A stretch of DNA of 63,536 nt, counting the filler, from Octopus bimaculoides (lineage: Eukaryota): assembly GCF_001194135.2 (NCBI RefSeq). It is 5 parts of 3 records of this genome, joined end to end, with 100 filler letters (N's around TTAATTAATTAA, not from the genome) between each part and the next. Parts side by side here need not be neighbours in the genome. Positions count along the whole stretch, not along the records: positions 32,303 to 47,260 come from NC_068987.1; positions 47,361 to 60,372 come from NC_068987.1; 3 more parts are not named here. One strand, written 5' to 3'. The notes under the pieces are model-generated. The model searched no databases and had not been told where the DNA came from. It saw only the letters and a list, made by a program, of their open reading frames with translations. The position numbers and the translations under genes are program-made. Each line of letters starts with the position of its first letter. Position 1 is the stretch's first letter. This document shows, one piece after another, positions 39,701-51,404 of the stretch.

Positions 39701-40570
39701 GGAAATAGTCAGAGGGAAACAAAGAATGATGGATAGCAGACACATATAAAGAAAGAGAAAGAAATCAAAAGAACAATGGAAATTCCCGCTCGAACGAGAT
39801 TAATGCGAAGAATAACAAAAAGAAGGAACAAGTATAATTAAACTATATTCTTGCCTATTCCACAGAAAAGAAATATTTATAAAGCGATATGCTGTTTTAC
39901 AATTTCTATCTCCCTCATTTTGGTAATTCAGTTGAAGCAATTGGAACTCGTTTTGATCTATTTTCAGTGATTTCTGCTGCCATGACTTCTCAACTTGTAG
40001 ATAAGATAGTAACTGATCTTGCCACAGGTAAACATTCCGCATATATTACGGGATATTTTTCACTGTGTAAAAGATAATATAAATCCCAGATTTTGTTTGG
40101 TTATTGGACTAAATAAACAGGTCATATATAATATAAAGCAGAATCAGTTCTTTGAATTGCAGGATTTATGTTCTTTGGAAACCGATATATACCGCAAAAA
40201 CAAAACGGAATGCAACGAATTGTTCTAAATAATGTATCCATCAATTAATTTCTTAGTGATTTTAAATTTTCCAATTTGTTATGGTAAATAGTGTAATACC
40301 AAACAAATGAACGACAATATGAGGCTGAAGAAACCTCCAGCACTAGAGTTAGTCATGGTTTCAGATAATATTCAAATTAGGCTTAATATCTCTGGGGAAA
40401 TGTGGCAACCCATTATCTAATCCTTTTATAACTCACGTTATAACGACGATTCATCAATATGCAAAGAATCGACATTGTTTTTATAGACGTTTCTCATACC
40501 TGAACCAATTCCATTTGCGTTCTGTTTATTTTTAGTCGAAGTCAAAAATATCAAAATGTTGTTACATTTT

Positions 40571-40902
40571 GGCGCAGGAGTGGTTGTGTGGTAAGTAACT
40601 TGTTTACCAACCACATGATTGTGAGTGGATATGGTAGACGGAAACTGAAAGAAGCCCGTCATATATATCTATATGTATATATATATATGTGTGCGTTTGT
40701 GTGTCTGTGTTTGTCCCCCCGACATCGCTTGAGAAGCGATGCTGGTGTGTTTACGTCCCTGTAACTTAGCAGTTCGGCAAAAGAGATCGATAGAATAAGT
40801 AGTAAGCTTACAAAAAAGTCCTGGTGTCGATTTGCTCGACTAAAGGCGGTGCTGCAGCATGGCTGCAGTCAAATAACTGAAACAAGTAAAAAAGTAAAAG
40901 AG
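40571..40902 (+). mobile_element. SINE family A copy with internal deletion
   Basis: Head joined directly to gtgagtggat...; 3' half intact. Confidence 0.85.
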
Positions 40903-41314
40903 TATATTTTCTGTGAAAACTATATTACTAAATACCAGTAGAAAGATAACCCCCGGGCGGTTTTTCTTTAGTTGCGAAACGATATTTACATATATGAATC
41001 TTAATTTGTGTAGTTTTTCTGATATGTTATGTCTGAACTCGTAATACGGCTATTGGTAATCCCTCCTTGAGTAAATCAGGGCATAAATACACAAATGTGC
41101 CCATCTGATTTAATTTCCTCACATCTTCCTGAAAAATGGATATATAATGAGGTGTGTTTCTACAAATACATTTCAGACTGAGTAGATTACGGCTGTATCG
41201 TGAATCAGATTACGATTTTATAGGAATTTCATGTGGAAAATGGACCGTAAGGGTTACTTCATACTCCTCGATTTTGTTTCCCCATCTTGTTGAGGTTTTA
41301 CTGACAATTATTTT

Positions 41315-41473
41315 ATTCGAACCCAGGACTTATTCTTTGTAAGCCTAGTACTTATTCCATCGTTCTCTTTTGCTGAAACGCTAAGTTACGAGGGACGTAA
41401 ACACACCAGCATCGGTTGTCAAGCTATAGTAGGGGAGGGCCAAATACACACACATACACAGACACACACTCTT

Positions 41474-41521
<48 letters not shown>

Positions 41522-42125
41522 GTAAAGGGCATTATTACAGAAAAATAACAACGCCACACAGTGGACTTCTCAAAATAACCACATTTAGTACCTAATGCGN
41601 NNNNNNNNNNNNNNNNNNNNNNNNNNNNNNNNNNNNNNNNNNNNNNNNNNNNNNNNNNNNNNNNNNNNNNNNNNNNNNNNNNNNNNNNNNNNNNNNNNNN
41701 NNNNNNNNNNNNNNNNNNNNNNNNNNNNNNNNNNNNNNNNNNNNNNNNNNNNNNNNNNNNNNNNNNNNNNNNNNNNNNNNNNNNNNNNNNNNNNNNNNNN
41801 NNNNNNNNNNNNNNNNNNNNNNNNNNNNNNNNNNNNNNNNNNNNNNNNNNNNNNNNNNNNNNNNNNNNNNNNNNNNNNNNNNNNNNNNNNNNNNNNNNNN
41901 NNNNNNNNNNNNNNNNNNNNNNNNNNNNNNNNNNNNNNNNNNNNNNNNNNNNTATACATATACATACGACGGGCTTCTTTCAGTTTCCGTCTACCTAATC
42001 TATTGACAAGGTTTTGGTCGGACCGAGGCTATAGAAGGAGGCACCTGCCCAAAGTGCATCGCAGTGGGACTGAACCCGGAATCATGTGGTTGGGAAGCAA
42101 ACTTCTTACTACGCAGCCACACCTA
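41315..42125 (-). mobile_element. SINE family A copy (central microsatellite contains an N gap)
   Basis: 3' half at 41315-41460 and 5' half at 41965-42125. Confidence 0.75.
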
Positions 42126-45100
42126 CCGAGAAAAACTTTTGAGACACATATTCTTTCTTTTTCATGCTTACTAGGTTACCATGCAGAGAAGAGACCATCG
42201 TTGATTCAGTTTTTAAAAGAGTGTTTAGGGTTGCGACAATATAATTCCTGTTAGCTTTGTACTTCCCTTTCCACACAGATTTATTTCAGAACATTTTCTG
42301 GAAAGAGTGCAATATTTCTCAAAAGTAATGTTTTTCAACATTCACTTGTAATGATATTATGAAAATGTAGGAGGAAAATAAAGTAGAGATGCGTAAACTG
42401 TCATCCTCTCCATCATTTTTAAACATTAAATTCCGATATAATCGCAATCTACGCCATCTGAAAGGTATTCGTAGAACATTTCTTTAAAAATATCCATTTT
42501 CTTGAAAGTTAACAGGAAACATAATCAGTGGGGGTTGGGGTATATGTTTGTAGTCATTCACAGTTGTCGTATGTAAACTAAAACCATTTGTCTTATTCAG
42601 ATTTCTATTTCTTTAACAACACCCAGCAAATATGAAACGACATTGGAATCAACGTAATTTTGCTGCTGATGTATTTAAACTTATAGTTACGAGAAAGTAA
42701 ATTTGGAAACATTTGGGAAACATATTTTCACAAAGTATACAGACGTTGAATAATGCCCGCAGTAAATTCAAATGTCATTCTGAATAAGATTTGAGATCGA
42801 AGCATGTCCTTGAAATAGGCAACTATAACGAAGCTCTAAAACTGCATTTTGATAAAATACATTAAAACTGAAATTTATTAAAAAATTCCAGACAGACTAA
42901 CCTTTGGTAATCTTTTGGCATGATTAAAACTAATCGATAAGTAGCTTTCTCCATTGAAGTATAGATAACAAAACACCAAAATGTATTTTATGTTTGAAAA
43001 TGACAAACATAAAACCAAATTTACTCGAGTAAATGTGCAAGAGTTGTCGCTAAAAAGTAGGAATCGGAACAAATATCATCTGTAAATTAATAATATTTGT
43101 TATAACAAATATTACAGATTGCGATTACATATGATACATGCATGCGTGTACGTATGTGTACATGTGCATGTGTGTGTGTTTGTAGTACAATTACACACAC
43201 AAATTCACATATGTGTGTGTGTGTATAACTATAAATTAGTAAATGGAGAGAATAAAGCTAAAGAATAGCAATAACATATCGGTAGAAAAAGGAAATCATA
43301 GCAAAAAGCGGCAATAAAGTATCAAAATTGTATATGCTTTGGATTCACCACTGGTTGCTCAGAAGAAAAGCATATTCTTTTCTACTCTAAGCACAAGGCC
43401 CGAAATATTTGGTCGACCCCAGTACGCAAATGGTACTTAATTTGTCGACCCCATTTTCCTTTCCCTGTCATTCTGAATTCAGAAAGCGTGTATATCAAAC
43501 CATCATCCTGATCGATTACCTCAGTTATTAACAGAATTTGACTATCACCTCTACGTATTCTCTATACATATCATGCAAGTAGATTCACCATTTGTCATAA
43601 TGGTATATATATTTCTTACAATTTCACTCCATTTTAATGCTCACAGTCTCCAACTGCCTATATTTTAAATATTTCTCTTACCTCTGATCTTACTCTCTCT
43701 TTTCTTTATAATTATAGTTTCCGTTTTACATTGAATGTCACCTGTTTGTTATGCCTATTTCAAACACTTCCTATTCTGTCAGTCATCAATTTAATTGCTC
43801 TCTTACCTCCGCTTTCCCACCCAATTAGTTTTACTTTTTCCTGAAATATTCATAGTATCAGACTATATTTGATATTCTATTTTCATCCAACGGCATGCAG
43901 TGAATTTCTTCTACCAATTACTCAACATCTACTGCAGCTATATCATATACCAATGTTATGTGAGAAACTTACGTCACTAGTTAATAAATTGCTCTATTGC
44001 ATTTCCGAACCAATTTATACATACAAAAATATATATTCGTTCAGATACACGTATATATAAACATACACTTACAAATACAAATATTTCCACGTTAATTCCA
44101 AGAGTAGGCTGTTCGTTGATCAGATAAACGGGAAGCCTCGTCGCCGTAAGCGACGAAGGGCCAGTTTATATATGCGTGTGTGGACGTATAGATGTTGAAT
44201 AAAGGAATTATTTCTCTTTGGTGGCTCAGTTTGGGCTGCCATTAGGGGCATCGGTATTGTTAGCAAACTTTAAATTTATGCTTATGAAATTGCAAATGTA
44301 CTCCCATTGAAACTGATACGATGAAGAATTATATTTATTCACAATATTTTTCGACATATCTTTATTGTAATTGTTTTAATGGTTCATAATTCACTATTAA
44401 CACACTGTATTTCATTCTTCTGCAATCCTTGCTGATTATAAAGAATTCATATCACTTTCCGCCAGGAGCGGAAATAGACTCCAAATTGCGTCTCGTCATA
44501 ATCTCAAACAACTGCGCAGAAGTAACTCTATTAATTATACGTTCACTTCTCCACACAAGAGGGATGAGAAACGAAGCTGAATTCGGTAAGATTTAAATTT
44601 GGAACACAGAGAAAGAGATAAAATAAATATTCTTACATTCCAAAAGGTATTATTTATGAAAAGAAAAAAAAAGCTATTTGTTGTCAGGAAATACTTAGAT
44701 TAATGGTACAGAAAGAGCTCAGTCGGAACATGAGAGGTACAGGTTTCGATTCTCTGTAGTAGCATGCTGGCCACGTTTTCGTCTTCTTATGTATGTGTAT
44801 ATACATACATATATTCTGTGTAAACGTATGTGTATTAGTGGTTAGTGGGTATTTGATTCACGATCGTAAGATTGTGGTTTCGATTCCTGGACCGAGCGAT
44901 GCATTGTGTTCTTGAAAAATACGCTTCATTTTATGTTGCTTCTATTCTCTCAGACGGCAAAAATGAGAAATTATGTGACGGACAGACATTCTAGACGGGG
45001 AGGCGGTGGATATACACGCCACGGAGTACGGGAAATCAGCTTTATGAATCCATGGATCGAGAAGGAAAATTAATCCTTTCACATTCATTATATATACGTA

Positions 45101-45353
45101 TACACATCAAATTCTATGCATATACACGTACTTCACTTGTTTTTCACAACTCAGTTATCTGATGATACTCTCTAAAAATGCAGGATATTTCCAATAGTTT
45201 CCCATATAACCTTTCAACCACTTGCATCTACACTGTTGCTTCATAATATAATCCGCTTTCTCCTATCATCGCTCACCTCTAAGTGTCTTGAGCAATATGC
45301 GCATATACGTTCTGTGACAATGTCTGTATATCTATCTATCTATCTCTCTCTCT

Positions 45354-45402
<49 letters not shown>

Positions 45403-46399
45403 NNNNNNNNNNNNNNNNNNNNNNNNNNNNNNNNNNNNNNNNNNNNNNNNNNNNNNNNNNNNNNNNNNNNNNNNNNNNNNNNNNNNNNNNNNNNNNNNNN
45501 NNNNNNNNNNNNNNNNNNNNNNNNNNNNNNNNNNNNNNNNNNNNNNNNNNNNNNNNNNNNNNNNNNNNNNNNNNNNNNNNNNNNNNNNNNNNNNNNNNNN
45601 NNNNNNNNNNNNNNNNNNNNNNNNNNNNNNNNNNNNNNNNNNNNNNNNNNNNNNNNNNNNNNNNNNNNNNNNNNNNNNNNNNNNNNNNNNNNNNNNNNNN
45701 NNNNNNNNNNNNNNNNNNNNNNNNNNNNNNNNNNNNNNNNNNNNNNNNNNNNNNNNNNNNNNNNNNNNNNNNNNNNNNNNNNNNNNNNNNNNNNNNNNNN
45801 NNNNNNNNNNNNNNNNNNNNNNNNNNNNNNNNNNNNNNNNNNNNNNNNNNNNNNNNNNNNNNNNNNNNNNNNNNNNNNNNNNNNNNNNNNNNNNNNNNNN
45901 NNNNNNNNNNNNNNNNNNNNNNNNNNNNNNNNNNNNNNNNNNNNNNNNNNNNNNNNNNNNNNNNNNNNNNNNNNNNNNNNNNNNNNNNNNNNNNNNNNNN
46001 NNNNNNNNNNNNNNNNNNNNNNNNNNNNNNNNNNNNNNNNNNNNNNNNNNNNNNNNNNNNNNNNNNNNNNNNNNNNNNNNNNNNNNNNNNNNNNNNNNNN
46101 NNNNNNNNNNNNNNNNNGAGAGAGAGAGAGAGAGAGAGAGTGTGCGTGAGAAAGAAGTTCTAATCAGATTGTTTCGACATGAACTTATTGAAACTGCTTG
46201 CAATATCGGTTAAGAAAACCGTTATATAGTTCCTAAGTGCAATTGTTAACCTAGGATATTAAGTGACGACATGCTTACGACGCTGTTTCATCAAATAAGA
46301 AAACCGTTAGAGGTTTGAAAAGAAAAGAAATGAAAAGAAAATTTACCTATTATAGATCTTGCAGAAATACAAATTAATGGTCAAATGGAGGTAAATCTA

Positions 46400-47233
46400 C
46401 CAAAATAAGGTTTTTGATCTTGCAGTACCATTGACTGGCTTTGCTGCCACCATTCTCACAGGAGGGCGAACAGCTCATTTTGCTTTTAAATTACCACTAA
46501 ACCTGGTTACAAGTGACAGTCTAATGTGTAACATAAGCAAAGATTCAGGTTCCACCAGAAGTATTTTGCTAATGCCACCTCATCATTTCCGATGAATGCA
46601 CCATGTCATATAGAGATCTAATAGAAGCTCTTGGTAAGATGTTACTGGACATCAGAGGCAACAATAAATTTATAAATGAATGGGAGGAGTTACATTAAGT
46701 TTATCAGGAGATTTCAGACATTCTATTCGATCTCCTAAATCATGCAACGTGACAAGGTTGATTGTGAATACATTATCACCTAATGTGACCCAAGCAACTA
46801 TCAGCATTGGATGAACTTCTGGGGAAGAGGTTTTCCTTCCAAGAATTCCAGTCAGACCAACAGATATACCATTTCAGTTCAAAGGAACACAATTCCGAGT
46901 GCCACTTTTCTTTGCAATATCTATTAATACAGTTCAAGATCAGTCTTTGAAACCTACATTCTCGATTTTGTTATGGTCAATGTTGTTGATTTCTCCAGAG
47001 TAGGTAGTTTGCAAGACGTATTCGTCTATGATCCAAACCTAGAAAATAAGAAGGTTATTTACCCAGAAACTCTTACATAATTTCTTTCAACGTATGTAGT
47101 AGTATTTATCTCCTTTCATAAAAGTGGTAAATTTTGTATTTTCGTTTATTACTATTGTTATTATTTTTATTGTTATTCTTCCAATACACAAGGAAAAATT
47201 TCATTCCTGGGCAACACCGGATGTCTCTGTTAG
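46400..47233 (+). mobile_element. Helitron 3' part: degenerate PIF1-like helicase plus terminal hairpin and TTAG/T end
   Basis: GFAATILTGGRTAHFAFKLP, IISDECTM, SGDFR, VFLPRIP..PTDIPFQF...FAISIN..Q.QSL, SRVG; 3' end cctgggcaacaccgg..ttag followed by t. Confidence 0.9.
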
Positions 47234-47260
47234 TGTATATATATATATATATATATATAT

Positions 47261-47360
47261 NNNNNNNNNNNNNNNNNNNNNNNNNNNNNNNNNNNNNNNN
47301 NNNNTTAATTAATTAANNNNNNNNNNNNNNNNNNNNNNNNNNNNNNNNNNNNNNNNNNNN
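47261..47360. other. Artificial scaffold linker
   Basis: 44 N + TTAATTAATTAA (47305-47316) + 44 N. Confidence 0.97.
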
Positions 47361-47632
47361 GCAGTGACCTCGCGCGAAGATACGGCAGCTGCTGAACACC
47401 GTTTTCCGGCCCAGTGCCCGGGTGCGACCTGCGATCGTGGCTTCGGTTGCATGTATTAGCTCTAGAATTGCCACAGTTATCCACTCTCCTCACGGTGAGG
47501 AATATGGTCCCGAGGATTAGGTCCGGTTCCTGAGCCATTCGTGGTTTCACCATTCGTTTACGGCATGAACTTACACTTGCACAACTTAAGGTTTGAGACA
47601 AGCATATGACTACTGGCAGGATCAACCAGGTA
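47361..47632 (-). rRNA. 18S rRNA: 18S rRNA 5' fragment (about 270 nt, truncated at the scaffold end; possibly a pseudogene or variant)
   Basis: Reverse complement begins TACCTGGTTGATCCTGCCAGTAGTCATATGCTTGTCTCAAA and contains GGATAACTGTGGCAATTCTAGAGCTAATACATGC, both universal eukaryotic SSU motifs. Confidence 0.95.
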
Positions 47633-47880
47633 TCACCCGTTCGATCATCGTTCGGCAATGCCAGGCAACGAGCGAGTTTTCTCCGATGTGAGTAACACTG
47701 ACGTGACGATGCCCACCGTTGCCACGCAAGAGAGCAGGAAGCTGAATTGAGCGCCGGCGAGCACTTGTCCAGTCAATGCGGCGGTCGTTCGTATATATGC
47801 ATCCAATGCGGAAACGCGTAAAAAAGAGTTCACTCAGCAAAAACGGTTTGTGATCCAACTACCGCACACCGGGCCGCTTG
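47633..47880 (-). other. Putative 5' external transcribed spacer remnant upstream of the 18S
   Basis: GC- and CpG-rich sequence directly upstream of the 18S 5' end, giving way to AT-rich, microsatellite-rich DNA at about 47880-47900. Confidence 0.6.
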
Positions 47881-48070
47881 TCTTTTGTTGTTCAAAAAAA
47901 GTTCATACTCCATGTACTCGTACTTCATATCTTTTGTTGTACACGTTTCATTGTCCTGTGCCCACATATTCATATGTATATAAGTATAGATGTATGTATG
48001 TATATATGATCCAAGGTACTTCTGAGTGGGTTGGTTATGCAACACTGGTGTGGTTTACTGCTGTGGACTC

Positions 48071-48132
<62 letters not shown>

Positions 48133-48638
48133 TACATATATATGTTGTGGAGCAGTAGTTATGTACAGCTTTCACTCCATAAAAGATTTGCCAATTGCCA
48201 TATCCACCAATACTCATGCATGCATGACGGTACTGTGGATGAGAGGGATCACTGCCCAGGGCTCAAGCTCGATACCCAAATCAACCTGATATTTATCACT
48301 TCTTTTCCTCATACCTTTAAGGGAAACTCATGGCAGACGAAGACGAGTTGGACTTGTCTTTCTTTCTCTCAGCCATGTAAAATTGTCCTGCCTCACAATT
48401 GTGGTTGAGAAATCATGTTTGATCTCTTTATGTACGTAGCTCCCCTCTGCTTCACACTCCAGTTTAACCTCAAAATAAGAGAAAAAGAAAGAAGCATGAC
48501 AACAGAGATTTTGAGTTTTAGTCACCATGGCTACGACTTTTTTATTATTTATTATATATGAACATATGTATACAACAAACAACCTGTGTGTTTTTGTGGG
48601 GTAGTTTATTGAGCATTTATAAAAAAAGGTTAAAGGAA

Positions 48639-48680
48639 TAAACCCCTACAGATAATCCAGAGATTATCTGTAGGGGTTTA
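48639..48680. repeat. Perfect 19-bp inverted repeat with a 4-nt loop
   Basis: taaacccctacagataatc-caga-gattatctgtaggggttta. Confidence 0.95.
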
Positions 48681-49005
48681 CAGAGATTATCTAAAGCAGA
48701 TATGTCCAGTTATATTTAACCAATATCTGGCATCCTCTGAAGCTTCATAATGCTCTGAATGTATCGACTCGTTCTTCTTTCATGGTGTATCCCTGGGCAG
48801 AGAGGTGTTATGTGTGTTGTGGGGGAGGCTAGGTACTTGCTCCTGGAAACAGCGCAGCTACAGCAGAGGTGGTTAAGTTACTATTTCTGTCATACTGTTG
48901 GCCAATAACGAAAAAGGCTAACCAGCCATATATATATATATGTATATATATATATATGTATATATTTACAAATGATGTGTGTATGTGTGTGTGTGTATGT
49001 ATGTA

Positions 49006-49036
<31 letters not shown>

Positions 49037-51007
49037 GTCTGTCTATCTATCTATACACACACACACATATGTATACATACATGGATGCACATGTACTCCC
49101 ATACAACACACACTTCACATGAAAATCAGTTGCTAACAACAGAAGCACATATGATTGTAAAACAACACCTGTATAACATATTTGTTCAACCAATGCTAGC
49201 ATGAAAAAAAACAGACATAAAAACAAGCAAAATATATATTGTGTGCTTATGAATATATATATATTGTATGTGTACAAATATATATATATTATATGTACAT
49301 AAATATATATATATTGTATGTATGCAAAAACCACTTAATTTCTTTAATGATTAATGCTTGTAGCAAATAAAAGCAGGAAGGACAATGATTGAGATTTTGT
49401 AGATGGGGGATGTTAAGTTACTTCAGGTCTTAAAAAATCAATATTTCCTCTGGCTTCAGAAAAAGGGATAAGTTTTAAGTAATATCTCTCAACTAATTAA
49501 ACTAATATTTGATTAATCCAAGTTAAATAAAAGCAACATTTTAATCCATTAGAGATAGTTAGCTTTTGCTGATTTAGATAATACAAAATTGGAACCAATA
49601 CACAACACACACATATACATACCTACTATACTTGTAAACATATATATAAAAATAGATATATATGTATGTATATATATATATATATATATATATAATCATT
49701 TATATAGCTAGGGTGATAAATTAAATATTAATTCAATTTAAAACCAAGTGGCCTAGCATATAACAAAATCTGAAAATTCAGAAAAAATTGTATTACATGT
49801 GTATAAAGGATGACCACTAGAACATTTTTCTGGAGAACATTATTTTTCTTTGTGGTTGGGTCGTTAGTGACTTCTTTCTAGCATATTGGATGTCCACCTA
49901 GTGGTCATCCCTTATACACGTATATATATATATATANNNNNNNNNNNNNNNNNNNNNNNNNNNNNNNNNNNNNNNNNNNNNNNNNNNNNNNNNNNNNNNN
50001 NNNNNNNNNNNNNNNNNNNNNNNNNNNNNNNNNNNNNNNNNNNNNNNNNNNNNNNNNNNNNNNNNNNNNNNNNNNNNNNNNNNNNNNNNNNNNNNNNNNN
50101 NNNNNNNNNNNNNNNNNNNNNNNNNNNNNNNNNNNNNNNNNNNNNNNNNNNNNNNNNNNNNNNNNNNNNNNNNNNNNNNNNNNNNNNNNNNNNNNNNNNN
50201 NNNNNNNNNNNNNNNNNNNNNNNNNNNNNNNNNNNNNNNNNNNNNNNNNNNNNNNNNNNNNNNNNNNNNNNNNNNNNNNNNNNNNNNNNNNNNNNNNNNN
50301 NNNNNNNNNNNNNNNNNNNNNNNNNNNNNNNNNNNNNNNNNNNNNNNNNNNNNNNNNNNNNNNNNNNNNNNNNNNNNNNNNNNNNNNNNNNNNNNNNNNN
50401 NNNNNNNNNNNNNNNNNNNNNNNNNNNNNNNNNNNNNNNNNNNNNNNNNNNNNNNNNNNNNNNNNNNNNNNNNNNNNNNNNNNNNNNNNNNNNNNNNNNN
50501 NNNNNNNNNNNNNNNNNNNNNNNNNNNNNNNNNNNNNNNNNNNNNNNNNNNNNNNNNNNNNNNNNNNNNNNNNNNNNNNNNNNNNNNNNNNNNNNNNNNN
50601 NNNNNNNNNNNNNNNNNNNNNNNNNNNNNNNNNNNNNNNNNNNNNNNNNNNNNNNNNNNNNNNNNNNNNNNNNNNNNNNNNNNNNNNNNNNNNNNNNNNN
50701 NNNNNNNNNNNNNNNNNNNNNNNNNNNNNNNNNNNNNNNNNNNNNNNNNNNNNNNNNNNNNNNNNNNNNNNNNNNNNNNNNNNNNNNNNNNNNNNNNNNN
50801 NNNNNNNNNNNNNNNNNNNNNNNNNNNNNNNNNNNNNNNNNNNNNNNNNNNNNNNNNNNNNNNNNNNNNNNNNNNNNNNNNNNNNNNNNNNNNNNNNNNN
50901 NNNNNNNNNNGGAGAAACAAAGGGAGGAAGTAGAAGAATAGGTGAGCAACAGGGGAAAAGAGAAAGAGAGGAAATACGAGGGGGAAAAAGAGGTACGTAG
51001 TAGTAAC

Positions 51008-51051
<44 letters not shown>

Positions 51052-51261
51052 GTGTGTGTGTTTGTGTGTCTATGTTTGTCCCCCCTACATCACTTGACAA
51101 CCAATGCTGGTGTGTTTACGTCCCCATAACTCAGCAATTTGGCAATAGAACGATAGAATAAGTACTAGGCTTACAAAGAATAAGTCCTGGGGTCAATTTG
51201 CTCGACTATAAGTGGTGCTCCAGCATGGCCACAGTCAAATGACTGAAACCAGTAAAGGAGT

Positions 51262-51404
51262 ATATTCCCTTCTCAGATTCACAAACTTATTGCAGCAGTC
51301 CTTCAGTTTTTTTTAAGCCCTGTAAAAGTCCTCGGAAGGTGGAGCCTCCAGCCAGGCCTTTCACAATACCCTTAACGCCAGGAACTTTCCAGCAACCCCT
51401 CATA
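51262..51404. mobile_element. Non-autonomous Tc1/mariner-like terminal fragment
   Basis: Ends gccaggaactttccagcaacccctc-ATA, similar to the mariner terminus at 8280-8305. Confidence 0.5.

Noticed and set aside
48328-48469. Possible terminal exon VKLECEAEGSYVHKEIK...
   Set aside because: There is a decent acceptor and an Ig-like first motif, but the rest does not continue an Ig fold and no partner exons were found.
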